A stretch of 58,424 bases of DNA, filler included, from Platydemus manokwari (Eukaryota): assembly GCA_037951405.1 (NCBI GenBank). It is 5 parts of 5 records of this genome, joined end to end, with 100 filler letters (N's around TTAATTAATTAA, not from the genome) between each part and the next. Parts side by side here need not be neighbours in the genome. Positions count along the whole stretch, not along the records: positions 1 to 13,333 come from JBBMOY011758063.1; positions 13,434 to 28,190 come from JBBMOY011399201.1; 3 more parts are not named here. One strand, 5' to 3'. Made by a program: the position numbers and the translations under genes. The notes under the pieces are model-generated. The model worked only from the letters and a program-made list of their open reading frames with translations, did no database searches and had not been told where the DNA came from. Positions 12,151 through 24,149 of the stretch are shown here, in pieces. How positions within the stretch are numbered: position 1 is the stretch's first letter; each line of letters starts with the position of its first letter.

Positions 12151-13150
12151 CTCAAGAATAATATTTACATACAATTTTTTACGATAAATCATAAATAATT
12201 ACCGCATTGAGCAGCACCTACAGCAATCCTAACAATATCAAGTATTACTAATATCAACAATAAATCCCAACCTAATATTTCAATTCAACAAATCATCTTT
12301 AATCTATAGAGTAAGATCTTAAATAAATTCTTGCAAAAACGACTCACCAAATCAATCATTTTTAACAATTTTTAATCAATCGAAATTCATATATTTCTAA
12401 TTTCTCTCAATATCCAACTATAATCAATACTGTCAAGAAACAGTCAGGTCAACATTCCCAAATACTAACACTGTTTTCAATTCACAAGGCAAAGCTTATC
12501 TAACAATTCAAATCCCAATTTAATTCTATTAAGTTATGAAAAACAGTAAACAATAAGGCAAGTTTAAATAAGATTAAAAAATATCTAATCATATCTGATC
12601 AGATAAAAGAAGAGCAGATTGCACAACAATAGAAAAATAATAGTAACGATTATTCTACCGTACAAATACTTATAATATTTTTTAACATAAAATAAAAACA
12701 TCACCATCACACAAATGGCACCCGTAGCGAATATTATATAAGCAGGCAGTAGTTTGAACAACAACAGACACAACAAATAACGAGAAGACGAAACATCTGC
12801 GAATTCAATTCCTTTCATAATTGTAGGTTACATTATCCTTATATTATCTCAATAACTCCAATTTAATTGATCTATAATTAACATTCATTGTTATCGCTCT
12901 CATTTGTCGCTTTCCCGGTATCCAGTATACGGATATCACGCAGAAAACTACTTGCGTAGTGCGTTTCATAATTTGGGCAAAATATTTTTGTTGATTATTG
13001 TTCGCAGTTTTCTTCATTTTATCTTAAATAAATTCTCATATTAGACCATCACATTCTAAATAATTGCAGCTTCAATAATTATAACTATTAACATATTATT
13101 TCGTATCAATGCTGCAAACCAGAAAGATGGAAACAATATTAATTGTTTTA
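12150..13150 (+). mobile_element. Degenerate LTR-like repeat (relative of 4590-5880)
   Basis: Shared blocks with the reverse complement of 4590-5880; TATA-like ctataatta at ~12872 followed by a GC-richer R-like segment and aataaa. Confidence 0.5.
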
Positions 13151-13433
13151 ACACAGAGGTTGTGATTTTTGATGATAATGTACCTAAAATTTTGGAAAAA
13201 TATATTAAGTTAAATTAAAAATTATATCCCAAAATATGGTTTTGAGTTTAGGAATATTATAACAGTAAAAAGTAATATTAGAGTTATTGGTAATTTTACT
13301 TATGAGTTTAATTTTTGGAAAACCGAGAAGGATNNNNNNNNNNNNNNNNNNNNNNNNNNNNNNNNNNNNNNNNNNNNTTAATTAATTAANNNNNNNNNNN
13401 NNNNNNNNNNNNNNNNNNNNNNNNNNNNNNNNN

Positions 13434-13510
13434 CATACATACATACATACATACATACATACATACATACATACATACATACATACATACATACATACAT
13501 ACATACATAC
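13434..13510 (+). repeat. (CATA)n microsatellite at contig edge
   Basis: About 19 perfect CATA units next to the gap. Confidence 0.97.
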
Positions 13511-15574
13511 CTTCAATTTTTACATAAATACCATTTATTTTTGTTTAAATTCCGATTCAGTTTATCTTGCTATTTTCTCAATTTTTGTGTTTGTTCACTT
13601 ATCATTCATTTTCACTTGTTATTCTTCATATCAAAACTTTTCAACTTCTTAGGATTATTTCATTGATTTTCATTGTTTGATTAGATAAAGTTCTTAGTTC
13701 TTTTTCAGATATGTATAAGTCCTTTTCGATTTTATAATTGTTAGGAACATTGCATCCTGTGTCCTAATCAGTGTTATCCTAGCAATTTATTTACCTATCT
13801 TTCTGGTAACGTTTTACAAATTTATTAAATATTCTTGTTGCCTTAATTAAACTTACTTAATTTTTCATTCCATTGTTATTTTTATTATTAGATTTGTTAT
13901 AAAAATCATCTCTTATTAAAGAACTACCTGTGGTGGAGCTATTATTATCTTTTTTATATATTATTAATGGTTCCATTTAACTTCTGCTAAAGAAATATAT
14001 GAAACACGATATTTTTTACATTGAAATATATACATTGACATTTTCAAACAAAACAGTCCTTGCACTCATTTTCAAATCAATATAATTAACATAAACAACT
14101 TCTTTTATCGGCTACCATTGGCAATAGGCCATCTTCTCTTCTACATTTAAATTCGGAGTTTGCGTGGTTTTTGTTTGGTAAATTTTAATTTGATGTTCTA
14201 TTTCCTCAATTCTAACTGGATTTATCGATATCTCATGACTTGGTTGGTCAATCTCCGTCTCTCATTGTTCGGTTTTCATACCTGCATGGTCGTGTAGGCA
14301 TGCATGTGTGAGAAGTATAAAATCAGGGATTCGAAATTGCGATTTTATGCTACATTCATCGCCACTCAACAATATCAACCGAATTATGCCGTTCACATAA
14401 TTTACCATCCATTATAGGCGAATTATTTTGATCAATGCGATTTATTCCCAGGAATGATTTATTCCGAAAGAATGCTGACTATTGAATTTGGTTTTAGTTA
14501 TTAAAAAAAGACTGCGTGTCTTTCCCTTGATTTGGTTTAAGTTATCGTTCAAACCTCTTATGTTCAAAAATTACAATATGGAAAGTTTTCTCCGATGAAC
14601 AATTAATTTGATGTATCAAGAAAATGGCATTTACTAAAATTCGTCCAAATTATTAGGAAACTGAAACAATTTTACCCACTACAAATTGTAAATTGAATAA
14701 CCAACTTTGACTATAAACAAAGTAAGCATGTTAAAATATAGAAAATAATAATGATTACAAAATGTTTCTTGTCGTTTATTGGGATGAAAATTTGACTAAA
14801 CTATACATGTGCCGAAAAGTGAAACCATTTTAATAAGTAATAAATTACACACTGTTTTGATAATAATATTTTAGTCACTCACAAGAATGGAGCATCTGTA
14901 AAATATCTAATATTGGGAGATAAAAGGCTTATTAGATTTGACAAGTTTAGTTAAATTTTCGAAACTGCACTTGATTAAGTCATTCTAAACCAACTATTCG
15001 ATATTAGATAGGTACATTACTCCATTATTGTACTTAGTGTCAAAAAAGTTATCAAGTGTTAAAAAAAATGCAATAAAATTGACAAATACGAACTTAAATC
15101 CTTAATCGTGAAACTAAACATGCAAAAATGACGAATATAAAGATCGACAGAACAAAAACACGAATTCATAGTTTGTCATTAAAATTTTTGAATAGAATTT
15201 TAAAATTCCAAATCCTAATTTTATCCAAATATTATTCAGAGACGAGACCCAGAACTCTTGTAAAATTATATTTCAACAAATTAATCTTAACGATCCTTTA
15301 GAAAACAATTCTCAAAACGAAGTGGAACTCGTGGATATTTAATAAACAAAACTAAATATAATAAAGCAGATATGATGTTGGTGAAATAAAAATCATATTC
15401 TGTCATGGAAAAAACGACACCATGACTATTGCACAGAGCACAATAAAATTGACACAAAAATCAGAACGAATATACATCAATAATAATAATTCTAATCGTA
15501 TAAACATTTTTTGTTAACCGATAAAATTTACAATACGGCAGAGATGATGTCAAATATTGCAGCTGAGCACTAAT

Positions 15575-16813
15575 TTAACAGAACTAAAATCCAATATTAA
15601 TCAAGATTAAAAAAAGAATAATCTTTACCTTCCATCTATGACCACAATTATTACAAAATGCAAATGTTGTCATTGGTTCATCAGCACTTCTTGTTTGAAC
15701 TTGATTATATGAGCAACGCGATTGACGACATTTGGGACATTTTATCAAATCAGTTTCGGTACCACCACCAATAGATAATTGTGACTCATGAATGACCTCA
15801 TCCATGTATTTATTACGAAGATCTTTCATTTCTTTGCTAGCCATATCCTTAACAAGTAATTTATTAGTATAAACTAATGTCTTCAATATATTGGTGCAAC
15901 ACTGATTCTAAAATAAATAAAAAAAATAAATACCTCTGACGACATGACTGCAAGTTTTTCAGCCGAAACAGATCCCGCCAAAACGTTCAATCGCAACTCA
16001 ACATTATTCTGATCTCTCAAATTCATAACTCTAGTACGAACTCTTTGCTTATAAGCAGGTCCCGAATTCATAAAAACATTAAAAATAGCGGTTTCGATTT
16101 GTACAGATAAATACTCCGTGTCATAAGAACCATCTGGTACATCTAATATTACACTTTTAAAAACCTTAAAAGTCAATAATCAAAATGTCATACGTCCACT
16201 TTCTAAAGCTTGACTTATCATGGACCTAGCTTTTATTCTAAAAGGATCACTGGTATCTGTATTTCTTTGAAATATCTGTTTTGGTGGATGAACCGAACTA
16301 TCTTTAGATCTTGAACTAATGATGCTGCTATGATTACTATTTTCATTTGCAGATTCTGAAGATTCTAATCGTATACGTTTTTCACCATTTGGTTTTTCGT
16401 CTTCACTTGAACCATTTTCACTGTCTCTTGAAGGAGAATGATCATCGTTTAGTCTAGGTCTTTTTGTGGTTTTCACGTCTAAATTCGAATACTAAAATTT
16501 AGCGACTCATGCACACTGAAACTACTTGGAACGAGTTTCTTCCATTGTTTTATCAACTGCTTCGCAACTGCAGTTACTGAACAATCCTTACATTTCTTAC
16601 GAAATTTATTAATTATTAAACCAATTCCCGTTTTTGTAAGAATATTAAGAGTCATTTCAATACCACTTAACCTTTCCATATATCTTATAATTGTCTCTGG
16701 ATCCTAATATTTTTAATATTCAATGAAAAAAAATTGAAAAAATAAATTTTAACTTCTTCATTAGAATCTAAAATCTTTTGCAGTCTTTTACAAATTTTTG
16801 AGGTATCTTCCAT
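15575..16813 (-). CDS. TCEA1: Transcription elongation factor S-II (TFIIS), multi-exon
   Basis: N-terminal LNILTKTGIGLIINKFRK, central YKQRVRTRVMNLRDQNNVELRLNVLAG, Zn ribbon CPKCRQSRCSYNQVQTRSADEPMTTFAFCNNCGHRWK|FC*; ATG at 16813, last intron 15584-15628, TAA at 15575. Confidence 0.96.
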
Positions 16814-17850
16814 TACAATAAATTATAAATAAATATTACAAATTTAAACAACTGTAAAATTGGTTTAGTCAATATTTAAACTTTTTAATTTTACACATTA
16901 TACTAAAAATTCTAAATACTAACATTAATTAAAAACAAATTAAGATATTTTAAAGTTTTATTTTTATAAATCAAGTGATGAAATTCACATCTTCGGGCAA
17001 TTCAAACATTATTTTATTAATAAAATACAATACAAAATTTCTCAAATTTAAGTTTTGATTAGTTTGATTTTTCAGAAAAATATAGTTTTTGGTTTCAAAC
17101 TAAAACTCAAGCAACAAACTTATTCTTTCAGTAATGTAAAGATTGGGAGTATTAAAAATAAAATGTTGAATATGTTAATTGCATTTCGAAAACCATATAA
17201 TTTAATTAAGCATAGTAAATTATAAACATTTTGAATTTTTTATTTAAATATCTAAGACAAATTTGAGTTCTATGAAATCAAAAATTAAATAAACTAGGCC
17301 TTCAATTTTTCACAGAAAATAATTATAGGAAAGCAAATCAAATTCGAAAAAGATAAAAATTAGCGATGATACATTAGAAGAAAGTGGTATGATGCACTGA
17401 AAACATGCAATTAATCTGTGATAAGCAATCATGTTATATAATTAAATGTGTCATGAGTTTAGTAAGTAAATTTATTATTTAAAAATATATAATTGAAGAT
17501 AGTTACAATTAAAATTGGTTATTGAAGTTTTCATTAAAATTACTTATTGGTGGAAGAGCTTTGATAATAACTCGAAGAATGAATGTATTTATCTTGATAG
17601 GCTCTTTATTGAGACTAAATGAGACTAAAATGAAACTAAATTTGTACTGAAATTAACGAAGTACTTTCATGTTATATAATTTATTATTTATATCTTCAAT
17701 ATTTATTATTCGCTGTGAGTATCCTCCTCTAATCTTTGTTTATTTTGTCATTAATAGTAAAATTTTGTTCTAATATTGTTAATTACAATACTACTTTTTA
17801 AAATTGATTTATCGTTATTTGTTAATTTCAATCATTTTTAGATAATTTAT

Positions 17851-18441
17851 ATGAATAAATTTCCCAATTTTAGATCTAAAAAAGTTGAAGATTTCAGCTA
17901 TGATGGGAAAATAATATACACTGCCGATGAGAATGAGATAAATTATTGGTGTTATCAATTGTTAAACGATTTAGAGAATAGTAAAAATATAGGGTTTGAT
18001 ATGGAATGGCCCATGTATAAAAAAACTGCTCTCATTCAGATATATTCTCCTAACTTTGGAGTTTTTATCTTTCAAATATTTTCTCTAACTTTACCGACAT
18101 TATTAGTGAAGGTTATATGTAATAATTCAATCACAAAAGTGGGTCTTAATATTAGTAATGATATACGCAAACTCTCAGAAGATTTTAATCACGACTTTAA
18201 TGATACAATACTGAATGGATTGTGCGATGTTGGGACATTAGCTCGGAAAAAATTTAATAACTCAGAACGATGGAGCTTAGCAAATTTAATTTTAAATTTG
18301 AGTGGTAAACAACTGCCAAAACCGGGTAACATACGCTGTGGCAAATGGGATCAATTTCCATTAACTCCAGATCAAATTAAATATGCAGCTTTGGATGCTT
18401 TTGCGTCGTATTGGGCTTATGAAAAATTAAATAATGAATAA
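17851..18441 (+). CDS. WRN-type DEDDy 3'-5' exonuclease (stand-alone, WRNexo/EXD2-like); an upstream exon may exist
   Basis: ExoI IGFDMEWP, ALIQI, ExoII KVGLNISNDIRKL, WSLANL..LSGKQLPK, ExoIII WDQFPLTPDQIKYAALDA; splice acceptor ttttag at ~17841. Confidence 0.92.
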   Translation: MNKFPNFRSKKVEDFSYDGKIIYTADENEINYWCYQLLNDLENSKNIGFDMEWPMYKKTALIQIYSPNFGVFIFQIFSLTLPTLLVKVICNNSITKVGLNISNDIRKLSEDFNHDFNDTILNGLCDVGTLARKKFNNSERWSLANLILNLSGKQLPKPGNIRCGKWDQFPLTPDQIKYAALDAFASYWAYEKLNNE

Positions 18442-20039
18442 ATTTTTTTATTTATTTTCATTATTTTTAATTTTTTGCAATGATCATTTCAAAGCTTTAA
18501 TGTGTAAAGTAAACGAGTAATTTTGATGTATTCTTACGAGTCAGATTTTTCACGAAACACTGAAATTATATTATAGTTACTGTAATTTACTAAACAAAAA
18601 TAATATTTAAAAAGGTTGGTCAGTGATGATTAAAATTTATTTAGTAATTTATTCACAAAAATGTAAATTAGAAGTTAATTCTTTCATATAAATGTAAAAA
18701 TAATTGTTTTTGATAAAGGCTATCTTCTGATTACCTAAACGATTACAAAACCTGAATGTTCTGAACGCATTGTCTTACTTCACTGAACCAATCAGTTAAT
18801 ACTACTCATTTAGAATAGGAAAAATTGATTAAGTAGGCAGATAGTGATAGATGATCAGATGATTAAGACAAAAGAAAATGAAGATTCCCTGCTAAGCAAA
18901 ATACTGGAACACAAAGAACCGGCCATTACCATACGATATTGTAAAATGGTCTGATAACTAACCGGGGAATAATTGATACACAAATAAAGAATAGCTATGC
19001 CATTGTTGGGAAATGAACACGGGCTTAAAGTAGTGGCAGTTAAGGACGATATGTTTTTATGTCTATTTTTATATTTATTGGCACCTTTTGAGAATGTCTG
19101 AGTCTTATCAGTGCTCTGGAGTTTTGATAACTCACAAGTAATCACAAACTCAATATTATGATTTTCTTTCTTCTCGATCAACTCTAATCCACGCATGGAG
19201 ACACTGCTTTATTGATTTCCCAACTATTTACTAAATTTTTATCTGATACTGAAGGTGATAATTTGATTGAAAATGAGATGAAACCAATTTCAATGTTAGA
19301 ACGATGTTTTATTTTAAATACACGTTGATTGACACCAAAATAAAATTATACAAATATTGGAAAATTTTAATTTTACAAATATTTGTAAAACGACAGAGTT
19401 TGGCTACAACTTCGGAAAAAGCTGATGGTTAATAAGCTCCCCAGAGGAATAAAACCAATTGTTTAAGGACTTTTGGATCAAACCCGATAAATAATATGAT
19501 ACAGTTGATGTAAATAGCTGATAATTTCACAAATACTGATCTTCCTATATGGCAGTGGATTGAAAATCTTCGCAAAGCAAAATCAATATCAAATTGATCT
19601 TCAAGTAATTTTTTTCAGAGCATATCATTGTTGAAATTTGAGTAATTGGACTTACGCAACAGAATTTTGAATAGCTTGACTGTTCTTAGGAGTTTTATAA
19701 TGGGGAAGGCTACTGAAGTTGTGAGCCTATTTATACAATTATTTATTTAAAAGTATTTTCCTTATCAATGGGGGCGTATTATCTATTTCATTTAATTTAT
19801 TCAGGGTTATTGCGTTTACAATAAGGGTTTATATTAAATAAAATCAAATATTGTTATTTTAATTAAGGGTTATTATTTAATTTTATTCAATAGAATATTT
19901 TGATCAATTAAAGAATCCCCTCCCTAATATTAATCAATTGAAGAAGCCTCCCCCAAAAATTAATAAAAAATAAACCAAATACTAAATCAAAATAAGTTAA
20001 ATATTAACCAAATTTATTTATTGGGGATATTGCAAAGTA

Positions 20040-20460
20040 ATGTGTTGGTACAGATTTTCAAATCCAATTGCACGAAATCGCTTTCATAAATTCTGAAATG
20101 TATGAATGTAAAATCCACACCTACGCATATTCTTTATTTGAGCCTTATGCTTGTTCTAGTAAGACTCAACATGTTGTGTATGAACTCCGGTTATTGGATT
20201 AACGGAGTTCATAGAATGAGAGTAAATCAAATACCTTGAAAATTCTTCTATGATCTCCATTCATCCGTGTGGATGTGAAAAATAATGCAAATTATTAATG
20301 TGTATAGGCTATATTAGGTTTAAATTATAAGCGCACAATCTGTAAAAATCTATTGATTAACCTTTATATCGGAATGATGTTAAGGTTATATAATAATATT
20401 GTACTATATTCTTTAACTTATCTGGAATCCACAGATAAGGTTGTTGTTGCAACATTCCAC
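20040..20460 (-). pseudogene. Merlin/IS1595(ISXO2)-like DDE transposase remnant
   Basis: Minus-strand translation FHIHTDEWRS* ... VNPITGVHTQHVESY*NKHKAQIKNMR ... SYISEFM, matching DDE_Tnp_IS1595 motifs. Confidence 0.8.
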
Positions 20461-20594
20461 TCAATGTAATAATAAATAATATTTAAAATATAAATGATAA
20501 ATTGCAAAAAGATTCAATAAGAACAAAATATGTTTGGTAGTTTACCGATAAAGTTATTATAATAAATAACAATGCAATATGCAGTATAGAGCTT

Positions 20595-21050
20595 GTCGGG
20601 TAGGTGCCCAGACATACCTCTCAAATAAAAGAAAGTGGGGAACCAACAATAGAAACTTGCAGGATTTTAAACGATCACAAGGCTAGAACTAGCTGCCGGT
20701 CGTAAGTGGATTAAAATAATAAATAAAAATTTACTCATTGTCATAATAAATCGAATAAAATGAAACTGAGGAAATATCGAATAGAATTTAATTAATGGTA
20801 TTGAATAATTCTTTGTAAAAATGAGCTCGAACAAATAAACTTGAACAAAATTTTCTTGCAAAATTGTACATTCGAGATTGTACGATTATGAAATTGTTTG
20901 TCAACTGATTGCTGGTTTATATAGTGTTGTGTGCTTTGTCTAAGTGATTAACCAGATTTCCTATATTTGTTACTATTTTTAGCAAGGTTTACATGTCATT
21001 TCTAAATTTAGTAACATCCAATAATTTTAGTTGATAATTTCACTATATTG
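20595..21050 (-). mobile_element. LTR-like segment on the minus strand
   Basis: Minus strand ends ...gggcacctacccgACA at 20595; TATA ctatataaacc at ~20920. Confidence 0.45.
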
Positions 21051-21252
21051 GGGTGATATATTTTTAGGTCTGACGTAGTCACTAAAAATACCATGATAGG
21101 TCACGGTAGCCGTCGTAAAACTTCCAGGTAAATATATACTGGATAGAATACTCCCTTTACCCGTAGTTGCATGGAGACGTGAACATTGCTACTTGCATAC
21201 TACAGGGGAACCTATCACAATTTGGATGGGTGGGCTTGATTAGCTCATCGAG

Positions 21253-21798
21253 ATGGCCCCCTTCCAAACCTTGGAAATTACCAAGTATGATCAGAGATTA
21301 ACCAAGGCCCGAGTGGAAATTTTAATGCCAACAACCAATCTCGTTATCGTTAAGTTAGACCCAATTATGGCACCCAGTCTCCCAGCCAGCACGCACAAAA
21401 AGAAGTACCCAGAAAAGGAGAGCAAGAAATTTAACCCAATGGAAGTCGATATAGACTGCGAGGAATACATACTAAGTACGTCCAACCAATTACAATCAAC
21501 TTCCGAAAAAAGAAGCATCTGGTCGCTGCCAAAGATACCAAAACGAAACAAATCTTATCCCAAGAAAACAAAAGTACCAGAGAAAATAGCCAAAGTAATT
21601 AAGGAAGGCGACTATGAATGTTATATAACAGGTGTCCACTATACTGACAAGAAAACAAAGAAAACGATGTTCCTGGAGTATCGAAACCCAAATCTCAAAG
21701 CGATATTAGCGGAGGAAACGTCAGAATCCCGAGTTTCAATAGACCTAACAGGAGGGGAGGACGAAGACACGGTGGACCTTACAGATGATAGAAAATGA
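21253..21798 (+). CDS. Unknown 181-aa ORF in the 3' internal region of an LTR retrotransposon
   Basis: Intronless, GC-richer ORF lying ~250 bp before a polypurine tract and LTR; the upstream frame continues past one stop; C-terminal SIDLT/TVDLT motifs. Confidence 0.5.
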   Translation: MAPFQTLEITKYDQRLTKARVEILMPTTNLVIVKLDPIMAPSLPASTHKKKYPEKESKKFNPMEVDIDCEEYILSTSNQLQSTSEKRSIWSLPKIPKRNKSYPKKTKVPEKIAKVIKEGDYECYITGVHYTDKKTKKTMFLEYRNPNLKAILAEETSESRVSIDLTGGEDEDTVDLTDDRK

Positions 21799-22045
21799 AG
21801 ATCGGAGCTACCAACTATCATGATTCGTGTTATTTAACTTATAATTGGGACAATTATCATTAACTCTGTTGTGAATCCTTGACAATTATCTTTACTCTTT
21901 ATCTTATTGTGATCATCAATTCTGTGCTTGCATATTGTAATTTCGCAATTTATTTGTAAACTGTATTCATTAATTTATTTTATGTAAAAGCTGTTGTGAC
22001 CCTACCTCCTTTTTCTTCTGTTTTAATTTTCGGGACGAAAATCTT

Positions 22046-22831
22046 AAAGGGGGGAGATATGTCGGGATAATACCCATGCAGGCCGCAAGCCTATAAATTA
22101 TAAATTATTATAATAAATTATTATAATACATAATAATTACACAATATTTATATAATAATAAAATGAGAACAGAAAACCCACATTAATTAAAATGTAGGCA
22201 TGTGGTCTCAATGATATTAATAATAGTTGTAAATTTTTTTGAAAAAATGATTAAAAATGATTATTAATCCACGTTGCCATGGTAATCCGAAATATAGTTA
22301 TTGAAATTCAAATTTAAATGCAAATTGCCATGACAACGATGGATCTTACTAAGGGAACCTACAAATCAAAAATAAAAGTCAATATGCACCCACATTCCAA
22401 ACCCGTATAAATACTGAAGTAAAATTCAGTATTTTGCCACAAAATTACGCAGTTCATAGCGATTACAGATACTTCAAGACTAAATTCGAGATTACAAATT
22501 CAAATTCGAGATTACAAATCCAAATTCGAGATTACAAATCCGATTACAAATCAAATACGAAGCAACATTCGCAGCAGAGTCAACTCATATACTCAACGAA
22601 ATTCAGTCATTTCAAGCCTCCGGCGACAATTGCTTACCTATTATTCAGCTCAATTATTGATTCAAAATGGTAAAAGTTCATTATTATTTTGCTCACCTGA
22701 TATCATTCTCCGAAAGGAGATTTGTTGTCAGTGAACATTAAACCCTCACAAAATCGTAACAGAGTTTGTGAGTCTAAAATCACTATTTCCTCCGGCGGTT
22801 GTTATTTACTGATAAATCTTCAGGGCACAAC
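22046..22831 (+). mobile_element. PPT plus 3' LTR of a Ty3/gypsy-type element
   Basis: PPT aaaggggggagata directly followed by TGTCGGG (22060); TATA gtataaata at ~22405; 20-bp tandem aaattcgagattacaaat x3 (22482-22550); ends ...gggcacaACA at 22831. Confidence 0.75.
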
Positions 22832-22949
22832 AGCTTACTTCTTTTAACTTACAGCATAACACATTTGATAATATTTATTATAATAAAGTATTTGCTATTA
22901 CATTATTGTTGTTCTTATTAATATTTATATAACTCATTCACATGCAACC

Positions 22950-23889
22950 TATTAATCTGTGAAGCTTCAGAGATTGGTGGAAACATCAATCTCGAACTCA
23001 TGGAAGCTCATTTAATTACATAGTAAATTATTGGTTGAAAAATCGTTGATTCACTGTTAACTTATCACCAAACAAGTTTCCATCACCGCTCCTCTGTAGT
23101 TTATTTTGAAATTATAGTTTCCTTCAAATATTTTAATTTCATTGAAAGGTGTTTGAAATGTCATTCCTTCAAGATTTAATTTATCAATATGTTTTTATTA
23201 TGACTTGCTTTATTTGGACGTCTTTGTCTTTCAATTGGATATAAATGGCCTAAAACAAAATACAAAACATTTGTTATCATAATTTTCTACATTTACTATG
23301 TTATTCAAGACAAACTGAAGAGGTAAATAATTACTTCCAGATATAACATTTATCTTTGAAATATTTACAGTTATATTCCCCAATTCAAATATATTCCATC
23401 CAATTCCCTGAACTCTCATTAAATCATTATTTAATTGTTATGGAAAATCTTTTATTATTTTCATTAGTTCTTCTTCCATAATACTTTCTAATCCAATTTT
23501 TAATATTTGATCTGAACTTAACGTTATTGTTACATATTCAATTTCTTCAGTATTTGAAATTATTTTTTGTAATAACATTTTGATCATTATTTGGAATTTA
23601 TGATTTGGGTATTTATTAAGAAATTCTAATATTTCATTAAACTCTTCTGAAATAATAGAAATTATTTTTTATTAATTTTATGGGTTTTGTAAATATCACT
23701 CATAGTTAATGAAGACGAGGCTTCATTAATTGTATTATTGTTATCGATCGTATTATTGTTATTGTTCTTATTATTTTTATTAATAGAAGCGTTAAATTTC
23801 GCTATATGTTTTTTTGATTTTTCATTGGCACTGAGAGCCTGAATCGTTTTAAACGTTGTATCGCAAATTCCGCATTTATGCACGTTCAT
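22950..23889 (-). pseudogene. Zinc-finger plus N-terminal region of a Polinton/adintovirus-type protein-primed DNA polymerase B
   Basis: MNVHKCGICDTTFKTIQALSANEKSKKH (ZnF-like); VQGIGWNIF...ISGSNYLPLQFVLNNIVNVENYDNKCFVF and KLNLEGMTFQTPFNEIKIFE match the GSGW..GSSYxPLP..NxxNxDxxCF and LNxxGIxFP..IxxFE motifs found N-terminal of pPolB. Confidence 0.75.
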
Positions 23890-24009
23890 TTTTAAGTATA
23901 CTTTTCTAATAGGATTTTTAATTTTTTGATTTTTGTAATTTTCTGTTTTTCTAATTTTTGTGATTTTTGTAGTTTTCGTAATTTTGCGATATTTTTAGAT
24001 AGTATTTAA

Positions 24010-24108
24010 AGTAGTAATATACACCAGTCTTTTGGAGGTGTAATCCTCAAATGCGAGCGTGAGAGTGTTTGAGGGCTAGGCTGCCAAAGACTGGTGTACA
24101 CAACTACT
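24010..24108. repeat. 99-bp fold-back palindrome bounded by AGTAGT...ACTACT (putative Polinton-like terminus)
   Basis: AGTAGT-aata-TACACCAGTCTTT...CCTCAAA..TTTGAGG...AAAGACTGGTGTA-caca-ACTACT. Confidence 0.85.
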
Positions 24109-24149
24109 AATGAAGCATTCTGTGAATAGTTCTGGCACCATATAAAAAT

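Noticed and set aside
13334-13433. N-run with central TTAATTAATTAA (also at ~28191, ~38039, ~48175)
   Set aside because: Identical 100-nt spacer with stops in all six frames: a scaffolding artefact, not biology.
22482-22550. 20-bp direct repeats as a possible CRISPR-like array
   Set aside because: Head-to-tail with no spacers, inside an LTR, eukaryotic context.
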